Origin: a bacterium | Lineage (GTDB): Bacteria; Zhuqueibacterota; Zhuqueibacteria; Oceanimicrobiales; Oceanimicrobiaceae | Assembly (NCBI GenBank): GCA_046757525.1 | Contig: JBHHYI010000087.1 | Coordinates: 1 to 18,241, forward strand | Length of the DNA: 18,241 nucleotides | Direction: 5' to 3' | Part shown: one piece after another, positions 1 to 9,327 of the stretch | Layout: the number at the start of each line of letters is the position of its first letter | Position numbering within the stretch: the stretch's first letter is position 1 | The notes under the pieces: generated by a model | Database searches by the model: none | Told to the model about the DNA's origin: nothing | The model's input: the letters and a program-made list of their open reading frames with translations, nothing else | Made by a program: the position numbers and the translations under genes

Positions 1-47
1 CTAATTTAGGAGCATTGTTACATTATGTTAAATAATTAACTTTTTCC

Positions 48-75
48 TTGACATTTTCTTATTTTATTATATATT
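48..75 (+). promoter_or_regulatory. Candidate sigma70-type promoter for amtB-glnK-glnA: TTGACA (48-53), 16-bp spacer, TATATT (70-75)
   Basis: Read directly: perfect -35 hexamer and 5/6 -10 hexamer with 16-bp spacing in an AT-rich leader about 55 nt upstream of the amtB ATG. The groES and folB candidate promoters in this window have the same architecture. Confidence 0.4.
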
Positions 76-131
76 TCAACAATTGTTTTTAATTAAGTGA
101 AGTACTTCATTTTTTTAACAGTCTCAAGATC

Positions 132-1484
132 ATGAACAAGAATGTTAAGCGAATATGGAGAAACATGTACCTCGAGTCCGGACTAACGGTCGGTCTGCTG
201 CTAACGGTAGCCGTGCCAGCTTTAGGGGCAGAGAATGGGAGCAGCCCCGCGATCGCCCTGGACACGTTCTGGGTTTTGATGGCAGCCTTCCTGGTATTCT
301 TCATGCAAGCGGGTTTTGGCATGGTGGAGGCTGGTTTAATTCGCGCTAAAAACGCTGGCAACATTTTGATGAAGAACATGATGGATTTCTGCATGGCGTC
401 CCTGGGGTTTTTCATTTTTGGCTATGCGTTGATGTTTGGCGGCAACCATGCCTTATTTGGCAGCAAGGGCTGGTTTTTGATCGACGCGGCGTCGCCAACT
501 CGATTGCCGCTTTACGCGTTCTGGATGTTTCAGGCAGCCTTCTGTGGGGCTGCTGCCACGATCGTGGCTGGCGGCATGGCCGAGCGCATGAAATTCATCG
601 CTTATTTGATGTATTCGTTTGTGATTTCCGCTGTGGTCTATCCCATCATTGGGCATTGGATTTGGGGCGGCGGCTGGTTGGCGCGTCTCAATTTTCACGA
701 TTTTGCCGGTTCCACGGTGGTGCACGCGGTTGGCGGCTTTGCCGCGTTGGTTGGCACCCTGTTGCTCAAACCCCGCACGGGAAAGTTCAATTCCGACGGT
801 TCGCCAAATTTCATCGCGGGCCACAACATGCCCCTGGTGTCGTTGGGGGTGTTTATTCTTTGGTTTGGCTGGTTTGGCTTCAATCCCGGCTCGGCGCTGG
901 GTTTCCGCGACCCTGAGTTAGTGGCGCGCATTGCCATCAATACCAACTTAGCCGCAGCCTCCGGGGCCATTGCCGCCATGTTTACGGCGTGGTCCAAATT
1001 CGGCAAACCGGATTTAACGTTGACCCTTAACGGCGCCCTGGCGGGTCTGGTGGCCATCACCGCGCCCTGTGCCGCAGTCTCCCCGGGTAACGCGATCTAC
1101 ATCGGGGCTCTCGGCGGCATCTTATGCATTTACGGGGTCAAATGGCTCGACCGCTTGCACATCGACGATCCGGTGGGTGCCGTCGCAGTCCATGGCTTGA
1201 GCGGCGTCTGGGGCACCCTCGCCGTGGGTCTGTTTGGGCAAAAGCTGCTGGGTGCTCCCAGCAATGGCTTGTTTTACGGGGGCGGATTCGCCCAACTCGG
1301 AATTCAGGGACTCGGTGTTGTTTCGGTGGTCGCTTTCGTCATCGCCAGCATGTGGCTGGTTTTCAAGACCATCGATGCTCTGGTTGGACTGCGCGTCTCA
1401 GAGGTAGAAGAGCTGCGCGGCCTGGACATCGGGGAGCACGGCATGGAGTCTTACAGCGGATTTCAGATTTTCATTACGGAATAA
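132..1484 (+). CDS. amtB: Ammonium transporter (Amt/MEP family) with N-terminal signal peptide
   Basis: 450 aa. Cleavable signal-like N-terminus (LLLTVAVPALGAENG), then the Amt signature regions (DTFWVLMAAFLVFFMQAGFGMVEAGLIRAKN; FAGSTVVHAVGGFAALVG; GFNPGSAL; HGLSGVWGTLAVGLF) and about 11 TM helices. Followed by a PII gene, the classical amtB-glnK pairing. Confidence 0.95.
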   Translation: MNKNVKRIWRNMYLESGLTVGLLLTVAVPALGAENGSSPAIALDTFWVLMAAFLVFFMQAGFGMVEAGLIRAKNAGNILMKNMMDFCMASLGFFIFGYALMFGGNHALFGSKGWFLIDAASPTRLPLYAFWMFQAAFCGAAATIVAGGMAERMKFIAYLMYSFVISAVVYPIIGHWIWGGGWLARLNFHDFAGSTVVHAVGGFAALVGTLLLKPRTGKFNSDGSPNFIAGHNMPLVSLGVFILWFGWFGFNPGSALGFRDPELVARIAINTNLAAASGAIAAMFTAWSKFGKPDLTLTLNGALAGLVAITAPCAAVSPGNAIYIGALGGILCIYGVKWLDRLHIDDPVGAVAVHGLSGVWGTLAVGLFGQKLLGAPSNGLFYGGGFAQLGIQGLGVVSVVAFVIASMWLVFKTIDALVGLRVSEVEELRGLDIGEHGMESYSGFQIFITE

Positions 1485-1528
1485 ACCGTTCTCAGTCAGA
1501 CACCAAATCAAACTGAGGGAAAAAATAC

Positions 1529-1870
1529 ATGAAGCTCATTATCGCCATCATTCAACCACACCAACTGCCTGCGGTCAAAAAATCGCTTTACGACCGGCAG
1601 GTGTACAAGATCACTGTGACCAATGCGCTGGGGTGCGGCGAGGAAAAAGGGTACCAGGAAACCTTCCGGGGGGTTGAACACGAAGTGAATCTGCTCAAGA
1701 AAGTGCGACTGGAAATTGCGGTAAACGAAGACTTCGTTGAATCCACCGTTGCCGCTATCATCAACGGGGCGCGTACGAATCATGTAGGCGACGGGAAAAT
1801 CTTCATCATGGATTTGCAGGAGTGCATCCGCATTCGCACCGGCGAACGAGGCGGCCTGGCCATCGGATGA
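1529..1870 (+). CDS. glnK: PII nitrogen regulatory protein (GlnK/GlnB family), T-loop variant with His51
   Basis: 113 aa, aligns along its full length with PII proteins: [10 protein letters not shown]..., B-loop [11 protein letters not shown]-terminal RIRTGE. SD GAGGGA lies upstream. Position 51 in the T-loop (RGVEH) is His, not the canonical Tyr (RGAEY). Confidence 0.9.
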   Translation: MKLIIAIIQPHQLPAVKKSLYDRQVYKITVTNALGCGEEKGYQETFRGVEHEVNLLKKVRLEIAVNEDFVESTVAAIINGARTNHVGDGKIFIMDLQECIRIRTGERGGLAIG

Positions 1871-1966
1871 TGCATCTCGAATCGGTCGTTTACATTCGTT
1901 GCACATTTTAGCACGTCGCACAGAAAAAAAGCTGAGTTAACGACACCGTCATGTAGAGGATTTATT

Positions 1967-3406
1967 ATGCAGACCCACAATGGTAACCATATTATACCCA
2001 GAGATGTTTTTCGCACCATTAAAGAGCGAGACATCAAGTTTATCGATCTGAAGTTTGTCGATTTACCCGGGATTCTGCAACACATCACCCTGCCGGTGGA
2101 GGTTTTCGATGAAAAGATGTTCATCGAGGGCGTGGGTTTTGACGGCTCTTCCATTCGGGGTTTTCAGCGCATTCACGAAAGCGACATGCTCCTCAAACCC
2201 GACGCCTCCACCATGTTTGTGGATCCTTTCATGGACGAAGCGACGCTCTCGTTTCTTTGCAACATCAAAGATCCCCAAACCCACAAAATCTACTCGCGAG
2301 ATGCCCGTGCGGTGGCGCAGCGGGCAGAGCGCTATTTGGTGAGCAGCGGTACGGCAGATCAAGCGTTCTTCGGGCCTGAGCTGGAGTTTTTCATTTTTGA
2401 TGATGTGCGCTTCGAGCAAACCACCAACCGGGGTTACTATTACGTCGACTCGCACGAGGGTTCCTGGAACACGGGACGCGAAGAGAGTCCCAATCTTGGC
2501 TACAAGCCCCGCAACAAAGAGGGCTACTTCCCGGTTCCGCCCATGGACAGCTATCAGAATCTGCGCTCCAAGATGGTCAGTGTCATGCGGGCCATCGACG
2601 TAGATGCGGAAGCACATCATCACGAAGTTGCTTCTGGCGGGCAGTCCGAAATCGATATCAGATATAATACCATGGTTAACATCGGCGATCAGGCGTTAAA
2701 GTACAAATATGTGGTCAAGAATGTGGCCCGTCGCTACAATAAGTCCGTGACTTTTATGCCCAAGCCATTGTTCCAGGACAACGGCTCCGGCATGCACGTT
2801 CACGTCAGTTTGTGGAAAAGTGGGCACAATCTGTTCTACCAAAGCGGCAAATATGCGGAGCTCAGCGATTTGGCCGTGCATTTCATTGGTGGGCTTTTGA
2901 AGCACGCGCCAGCTTTGTGCGCCTTTTGCGCTCCGACCACCAATTCGTATCGGCGCCTGGTGCCCGGCTATGAGGCGCCCATTAATCTGATCTACTCACA
3001 GAGCAACCGCAGCGCCTGTGTGCGCATCCCCATGTATTCCGGCAGCGAAAAGGCCAAGCGCCTGGAATTCCGCACGCCCGACCCTTCGTGCAATCCGTAT
3101 TTAGCTTTCGCTGCCATTCTGATGGCCGGGTTAGACGGGGTGAGGAACCGCGATGTGCCGCCCGATCCCATTGACAAAGACATCTACGAGCTGGCAAAAA
3201 ATGGCGGTCCTGAAATCAAGAACACACCTGCCTCGCTTGAAGAGGCCATCGACGCGCTGGAAGCAGACCACGAATTCCTGTTTCAGGGGGAGGTCTTTAC
3301 AGAAGACCTTATCCGGGTGTGGCTCGATTACAAGCGGGCCCGTGAGGTGGATTACATTCGCCTCAGGCCGCATCCGAGCGAGTTTGCGTTGTACTACGAT
3401 GTTTAG
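1967..3406 (+). CDS. glnA: Glutamine synthetase type I
   Basis: 479 aa. GSI motifs are present (FDGSSIRGF; DPFMDEATL; KPLFQDNGSGMHVHVSLW; NSYRRLVPGYEAP; SACVRIP). The C-terminal region DKDIYELAKNG aligns with the adenylylation-loop Tyr of GSI-beta enzymes. Strong SD AGAGGA 7 nt upstream. Confidence 0.95.
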   Translation: MQTHNGNHIIPRDVFRTIKERDIKFIDLKFVDLPGILQHITLPVEVFDEKMFIEGVGFDGSSIRGFQRIHESDMLLKPDASTMFVDPFMDEATLSFLCNIKDPQTHKIYSRDARAVAQRAERYLVSSGTADQAFFGPELEFFIFDDVRFEQTTNRGYYYVDSHEGSWNTGREESPNLGYKPRNKEGYFPVPPMDSYQNLRSKMVSVMRAIDVDAEAHHHEVASGGQSEIDIRYNTMVNIGDQALKYKYVVKNVARRYNKSVTFMPKPLFQDNGSGMHVHVSLWKSGHNLFYQSGKYAELSDLAVHFIGGLLKHAPALCAFCAPTTNSYRRLVPGYEAPINLIYSQSNRSACVRIPMYSGSEKAKRLEFRTPDPSCNPYLAFAAILMAGLDGVRNRDVPPDPIDKDIYELAKNGGPEIKNTPASLEEAIDALEADHEFLFQGEVFTEDLIRVWLDYKRAREVDYIRLRPHPSEFALYYDV

Positions 3407-3454
3407 TGTTGTCACAAGTTTGCACGTTACCAAATCTATTTCCAGGAGGTAATC

Positions 3455-4750
3455 ATGAGTGAGATTATCGGCATTGTCATTGGCGTCGGGGCGATCGCAG
3501 TCATGCTGACGATTGTGTTCATCAAAGCCAATCTGGTTATTTGTCAGCCCAACGAAGTGCTCATCATTTCCGGCCGGCGTCGCAAATTTCCGGACGGTAC
3601 GGTGCTGGGCTACCGCATCATCAAAGGGGGGCGCGGCTTTAAATTTCCCATCATCGAATCCGTGAAGCGCCTACCGTTGAACACCATGCCCATCGAAATC
3701 AGAATTACCAAGGCGCTGGCCAAGGGCATCATTCCAATCAACGTGGACGGTCGGGCCAATGTGAAAATTGCCGGCAGCGAGAAGGACGGCTTGACCAATG
3801 CCATTGAACGCTTTTTGGGCAAGAATCTCAATGAGATTGCTCAGGTGGCCAAGGAGACCGTGGAAGGCAGTCTGAGGGGCGTGTTGGCCACGGTGACGCC
3901 GGAAGAAGCCAACGCTCAACGTCTGCAACTGGCGGAGCGCGTGGCTGAGCAGGCGCGCAACGATTTGCAAAAGCTGGGTCTGGTGTTGGATTTCGTAAAA
4001 ATCCAGAATATCTCAGACGATCACGGGTATCTGGAGGCTATCGGAAGAAAGAAGAATGCGGAAGTGGTGAAAAACGCCCGCATCGCCGAAGCCACTGCCG
4101 AAGCCGAAGCCCGAAAAGTGGCCGCAGAACAGAAACAGAAAGGCAGTGTGGCCGAAGCGGAAGCCGAGATGGTCATCACCGATGCTGAACACAAACTCAA
4201 GGTGCATCGTGCCGAATTGGCTGCCGAAACCAATCGCGCCGAACAACGCTCCAAAATCGCTGGCGACATCGCCCGGGTCGAAGAAGCACGGCGTTTAGAG
4301 GCTGAGCGTATTGAGCTGAATCGCAAAAAATACCAGGCCGACGTAGTCATTCCGGCAGAAGCTGAGAAAAAAGCCGCTGAGCTGAAAGCCAACGGCCAGG
4401 CTGCGAGAATCCTGGAGGACGGCAAAGCTACGGCTGCGGCCATCGAACTCATGCAAGCCCAATGGCAGAATGGCGACACGCGCGAGTTGTTTCTCATCCA
4501 ACTGCTGCCAGAGTTGTTGGACAAAGTGACGCGGGTGGTGGCCGACAATCTGCACATCGACAAGCTGACCGTGCTGGACTCTGGTGACGGCAACGGACTA
4601 CCCACCACCGTCAAGAATCTCACCGGTTCAGCCGTTACGATCCTGGAACAGTTGAAGAATGCCACAGGCATCGATCTGCCAGGCCTCTTACAGAATTCGG
4701 CAAAGAAAAACATGACCAACGGCAGCGAGCTGCCGAAAGAGCTCCTTTAA
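3455..4750 (+). CDS. SPFH/Band-7 domain protein, flotillin-like (YqiK/FloT-type)
   Basis: 431 aa. Has an N-terminal TM helix, an SPFH core (NEVLIISGRRRKF...VKIQNISDDHGYLEAIGRKKNAEV), and a long Ala/Glu-rich coiled coil with EA repeats (AEATAEAEARKVAAEQ...AEAEAEM) typical of bacterial flotillins. SD AGGAGG upstream. Confidence 0.85.
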   Translation: MSEIIGIVIGVGAIAVMLTIVFIKANLVICQPNEVLIISGRRRKFPDGTVLGYRIIKGGRGFKFPIIESVKRLPLNTMPIEIRITKALAKGIIPINVDGRANVKIAGSEKDGLTNAIERFLGKNLNEIAQVAKETVEGSLRGVLATVTPEEANAQRLQLAERVAEQARNDLQKLGLVLDFVKIQNISDDHGYLEAIGRKKNAEVVKNARIAEATAEAEARKVAAEQKQKGSVAEAEAEMVITDAEHKLKVHRAELAAETNRAEQRSKIAGDIARVEEARRLEAERIELNRKKYQADVVIPAEAEKKAAELKANGQAARILEDGKATAAAIELMQAQWQNGDTRELFLIQLLPELLDKVTRVVADNLHIDKLTVLDSGDGNGLPTTVKNLTGSAVTILEQLKNATGIDLPGLLQNSAKKNMTNGSELPKELL

Positions 4751-5241
4751 TGCACGGTCTCAAACTGGACGCTATCGACCTCAGGATTCTCGAAATCCTG
4801 CAAACACACGGCCGTACCAAACGCAACGAACTGGCTGAAGCCGTCAAGCTCTCCATACCCTCGGTGAGTGAACGGCTTCGAAAATTGCAGGAAGCAGGCA
4901 TCATACGGGGCATTAACGCGGTGCTGGAGGCGCGCAAGGTGGGGCTCGAAGTCACGGCGTTTATTTTTGTGGCTTCGGAATCTTCGAAATACTACGCCAA
5001 AATAATCCAACGGGCTTCGGAAAATGCGGAGATTTTAGAATGTCATGCCGTCACGGGTGAAGGGTCGCATTTGCTGAAAGTCCGGACACAAAGCACGGCG
5101 ACTCTGGAGAAGCTCCTGTCGCAGATTCAGTCCTGGCCTGGCGTTACTTACACGCGCACTAGCGTAGTCCTTTCCAGTCCAAAAGAAACGACGGTGCTAC
5201 CGCTGGGTCATTTGCGTACACGCGACGTGCCTGCCCAGTGA
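4750..5241 (+). CDS. Lrp/AsnC family transcriptional regulator
   Basis: 163 aa. N-terminal HTH (LDAIDLRILEILQTHGRTKRNELAEAVKLSIPSVSERLRKLQEAGIIRG) followed by a RAM/ACT-like C-terminal domain. Its start overlaps the flotillin stop (TAATG). Confidence 0.85.
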   Translation: MHGLKLDAIDLRILEILQTHGRTKRNELAEAVKLSIPSVSERLRKLQEAGIIRGINAVLEARKVGLEVTAFIFVASESSKYYAKIIQRASENAEILECHAVTGEGSHLLKVRTQSTATLEKLLSQIQSWPGVTYTRTSVVLSSPKETTVLPLGHLRTRDVPAQ

Positions 5242-5353
5242 GGTGCTTCTGAGGTTCAGCACAGTTTTGCCAACCCCGTTGTTTTGCGCCGCCGGAGATC
5301 GTGCAGTGACGATCCTGGCGTGCGACCCCCATCAAACATGCCAAATTTTTTTC

Positions 5354-5381
5354 TTGACTTTTTGGAAAATGTTTTTATATT
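5354..5381 (+). promoter_or_regulatory. groESL sigma70-type promoter: TTGACT (5354-5359), 16-bp spacer, TATATT (5376-5381), preceded by a T7 tract
   Basis: Read directly from the sequence. It sits immediately upstream of the CIRCE operator, the arrangement typical of HrcA-controlled groESL promoters. Confidence 0.55.
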
Positions 5382-5393
5382 TGTGTTTCGATG

Positions 5394-5420
5394 TTAGCAC
5401 TCTTTAGCGGTGAGTGCTAA
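5394..5420 (+). promoter_or_regulatory. CIRCE operator (HrcA binding site) TTAGCACTC-N9-GAGTGCTAA
   Basis: Perfect match to the CIRCE consensus inverted repeat (TTAGCACTCtttagcggtGAGTGCTAA), positioned between the promoter and the groES RBS. Confidence 0.9.
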
Positions 5421-5450
5421 TAACCAACCAATCCATAAGGAGGTGAAAAT

Positions 5451-5735
5451 ATGAAAATTAAACCATTGTCTGATCGTGTAGTCATTAAACCAGTTGAGCT
5501 GGAAGAGAAAAAAGCCGGGGGCATTATCATACCAGATACGGCCAAAGAAAAGCCCCAGGAAGGTGAGATCGTGGCGGTGGGTCCTGGCAAATTCAGCGAC
5601 TCTGGCACCAAAGTTGAAATGGAAGTCAAGACCGGCGACCATGTGCTGTACGGCAAATACTCGGGAACAGAAGTGACCATCGACGGTGAAGAATATCTGA
5701 TCATGCGGGAAAGCGACATCCTGGCCATTGTTTAA
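5451..5735 (+). CDS. groES: Co-chaperonin GroES (Hsp10)
   Basis: 94 aa ([46 protein letters not shown]...). Strong SD AAGGAGG. Directly upstream of groEL. Confidence 0.97.
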   Translation: MKIKPLSDRVVIKPVELEEKKAGGIIIPDTAKEKPQEGEIVAVGPGKFSDSGTKVEMEVKTGDHVLYGKYSGTEVTIDGEEYLIMRESDILAIV

Positions 5736-5777
5736 GGCTATTAGACGGAACCTTATTGTTGAATTTCAAAAAACTAA

Positions 5778-7421
<1,644 letters not shown>

Positions 7422-7450
7422 TCACGTCTTCCCGTGTAGACACAAACCAC

Positions 7451-7482
7451 GGCCGCTCGTTTCCAGACGGGCGGCCTTTTTT
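7451..7482 (+). terminator. Rho-independent terminator of groESL
   Basis: GGCCGCTCG-tttccaga-CGGGCGGCC stem (9 bp, one mismatch) followed by TTTTTT, about 30 nt after the groEL stop. Confidence 0.7.
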
Positions 7483-7485
7483 GTC

Positions 7486-7514
7486 TTGACAAAGTCTTGT
7501 AATTTTGATATATT
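7486..7514 (+). promoter_or_regulatory. Candidate sigma70-type promoter TTGACA (7486-7491), 17-bp spacer, TATATT (7509-7514)
   Basis: Read directly. Perfect -35, good -10, 17-bp spacer. Located directly after the groEL terminator and about 80 nt upstream of folB. Confidence 0.35.
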
Positions 7515-7560
7515 CGTTTGAATTTGAAAATTGTAGACTTGCGAGAGTTTTTCTAAATAC

Positions 7561-7588
7561 AAAAGGCGTTTAATTCGCCTTTTTGTTT
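7561..7588 (+). terminator. Terminator-like palindromic hairpin AAAAGGCG-tttaatt-CGCCTTTTT-g-TTTTA in the folB leader
   Basis: Read directly: 8-bp stem with a U-rich 3' flank, ending 5 nt before the folB ATG. It could be an attenuator, or the 3' end of a roughly 65-nt leader or small RNA started at the 7486 promoter. Confidence 0.4.
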
Positions 7589-7593
7589 TAAAA

Positions 7594-7971
7594 ATGCCTG
7601 CTGATATCTTAAAGCTCAAGAACATGACCTTTCACGCCTTTCACGGCGTTTGGGATGAAGAACAGGAGATCGGGCAACGCTTTGAGGTCGATGTCGAGCT
7701 TCGGATTGACGCCCGCGCCGCTGCCAGGCACGATAAGTTGCAAGACACCGTCGACCTCTGTGCTATTTTTGATGCCGTCGAAAAAGTCGTGACCACGGGC
7801 AAATTCCGCCTGGTTGAAACCATGGCCGAAAAAGTCGCGGAAACCATCCTCGACAATTTCGAGGTTGCGGAAATCCTGGTTCGAGTTCGCAAGCCACATG
7901 CACCCATTCGAGGAATCCAGGACGGCATCGAAGTGGAAATTACCCGCGAAAACAGATATGCCAATCGATGA
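7594..7971 (+). CDS. folB: Dihydroneopterin aldolase
   Basis: 125 aa. The N-terminal pattern (ILKLKNMTFHAFHGVWDEEQEIGQRFEVDVEL) matches the FolB/DHNA family. Stop overlaps the folK start (ATGA). No recognisable SD; the alternative start Met11 at 7624 is possible. Confidence 0.85.
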   Translation: MPADILKLKNMTFHAFHGVWDEEQEIGQRFEVDVELRIDARAAARHDKLQDTVDLCAIFDAVEKVVTTGKFRLVETMAEKVAETILDNFEVAEILVRVRKPHAPIRGIQDGIEVEITRENRYANR

Positions 7972-8486
7972 AATTCAGACATGTTTACCTGGGGCTGGGT
8001 TCAAATATGGGCGATCGCTTAAACAATCTGCAGGAAGCCTTGTCCCAGATTTCAAACCTGTCTCAAACTGTAATTGACGATTATTCATCTGTGTATGAAA
8101 CCAAACCCGTTGGATATGCTCAGCAAGCAGATTTTCTTAACATGGTTGTTGAAATCTCGACCGACTCTCCTCCGCAGCCGTTCTTGTGTGAAGTGCAAGA
8201 AATCGAAAAGCGACTGGGTCGGGTGAGAGGACGTAGATGGGGTCCTCGAACAATCGATATCGACATTTTGTATTGGGGACGCGAGCTCGTCAACACTCAC
8301 GATCTAACGATTCCTCATGCAGAAGTCGAAAACCGCAGATTTGTGTTGCAGCCTCTGAATGAAATTGCGTCCTATTTCAAGACGCCGCCGCGACAGCAAG
8401 TTGTAAAACATCTCTTAGAAATCGTTCAAGATGAGAGTTGGGTTATATTGTATCTGCCAAAAGAAAAAATCGAATTTACTAAATGA
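7968..8486 (+). CDS. folK: 2-amino-4-hydroxy-6-hydroxymethyldihydropteridine pyrophosphokinase (HPPK)
   Basis: 172 aa. HPPK motifs are present (VYLGLGSNMGDR; PRTIDIDIL; Q--VL-PL-EIA). Translationally coupled to folB. Confidence 0.9.
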   Translation: MKFRHVYLGLGSNMGDRLNNLQEALSQISNLSQTVIDDYSSVYETKPVGYAQQADFLNMVVEISTDSPPQPFLCEVQEIEKRLGRVRGRRWGPRTIDIDILYWGRELVNTHDLTIPHAEVENRRFVLQPLNEIASYFKTPPRQQVVKHLLEIVQDESWVILYLPKEKIEFTK

Positions 8487-8498
8487 CAGGTAAGCCCA

Positions 8499-9131
8499 TT
8501 GCGTCTTCAATACATTGGCATCGAAGGGGTCATTGGTGTTGGCAAAACCAGTTTAGCAAGTCTTTTGGCCGATCATTTTGGTGGTAAGGTTCTCCTGGAA
8601 AAACACGAAGAAAACCCATTTTTGCGAGATTTCTACCGCGACCCACGCCAGTTCGCCTTTCCAACCCAGCTATTTTTTCTCTTAGGCCGCTACCGTCAAC
8701 AACAGGAAATCTATCAGATAGACTTATTTCACCAACTGCTGGTGTCAGATTACATCTTTGCAAAAGATCGAATTTTTGCTTCGATCAATCTGGAAGAACG
8801 GGAACTTATTTTATATGAAAAAGTGGCATCTATGTTGGAACGGGAAATTCCGAAACCGGACCTGGTGATTTATCTTCAATCGAATACGCAGCGGCTGATG
8901 TCTAACATCAAAAAGCGCAATCGTTCCTATGAAATAAATATTACCGAAGCGTACATTCGTGGATTAAACGAGGCTTACAACCGGTTTTTCTTGAATTATG
9001 GTGACACACCGCTGCTAATCATCAATGCGACTGAAATTGACTTTGTCAACAAGCCTGAAGACTTCGAAGATTTAGTCAACCAACTGCAAAGGCCGATTTC
9101 AGGTACGCAATACTACTCACCTGTAAAGTAA
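8499..9131 (+). CDS. Deoxynucleoside kinase (dNK/dCK/dGK family); TTG start
   Basis: 210 aa. P-loop IGIEGVIGVGKTS near the N-terminus, and the dNK-family ERS-like and LID-like regions (NLEERELILYEKV...KKRNRSYEI). The start is TTG, with AGGT about 10 nt upstream. The gene is AT-rich compared with its neighbours. Confidence 0.8.
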   Translation: MRLQYIGIEGVIGVGKTSLASLLADHFGGKVLLEKHEENPFLRDFYRDPRQFAFPTQLFFLLGRYRQQQEIYQIDLFHQLLVSDYIFAKDRIFASINLEERELILYEKVASMLEREIPKPDLVIYLQSNTQRLMSNIKKRNRSYEINITEAYIRGLNEAYNRFFLNYGDTPLLIINATEIDFVNKPEDFEDLVNQLQRPISGTQYYSPVK

Positions 9132-9141
9132 ATGGATCCAC

Positions 9142-9327
9142 ATGATTTTTTTGTTGCGGGTACTTTTATTTGGGATGTTGTTCTATTACGCCTTTAAATT
9201 CTTGAATAGCCTTTTGAGCGGACCCAGCAGCAAAGTAGAAGTTAAAGGCAAGAGTAAAGGTCACCCTCCAATGAATCTTGAGGATGAAGATGTAGAAGAT
9301 GCAGAGTTTGAAGATTTGGATGACTAA
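9142..9327 (+). CDS. Small membrane peptide: one TM helix plus a strongly acidic C-terminal tail (hypothetical)
   Basis: 61 aa (MIFLLRVLLFGMLFYYAFKFL...EDEDVEDAEFEDLDD). Starts 11 nt after the dNK stop, same strand. The architecture resembles small TM-plus-acidic-tail proteins common in FCB-group genomes. No homology check was possible. Confidence 0.4.
   Translation: MIFLLRVLLFGMLFYYAFKFLNSLLSGPSSKVEVKGKSKGHPPMNLEDEDVEDAEFEDLDD

Noticed and set aside
1-131. Sigma-54 (-24 GG / -12 GC) promoter upstream of amtB
   Set aside because: No GG-N10-GC arrangement exists in the leader. The only GG (9-10) is not followed by GC at the required spacing, so a sigma-70-type promoter is more consistent.
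4021-4719. 232-aa minus-strand ORF, rich in Ser/Ala/Phe
   Set aside because: It lies entirely inside the flotillin gene and is the antisense reading of its Ala/Glu-rich coiled-coil repeats (a shadow ORF of a low-complexity region). No RBS.
5242-5350. Intrinsic terminator after the Lrp gene (GTGCT-N10-AGCAC then aGTTTTg at about 5244-5270; GATCGT-gcagtg-ACGATC at about 5298-5315)
   Set aside because: Stems are only 5-6 bp with weak or absent U-tracts. Termination here is possible but not supportable from sequence alone.
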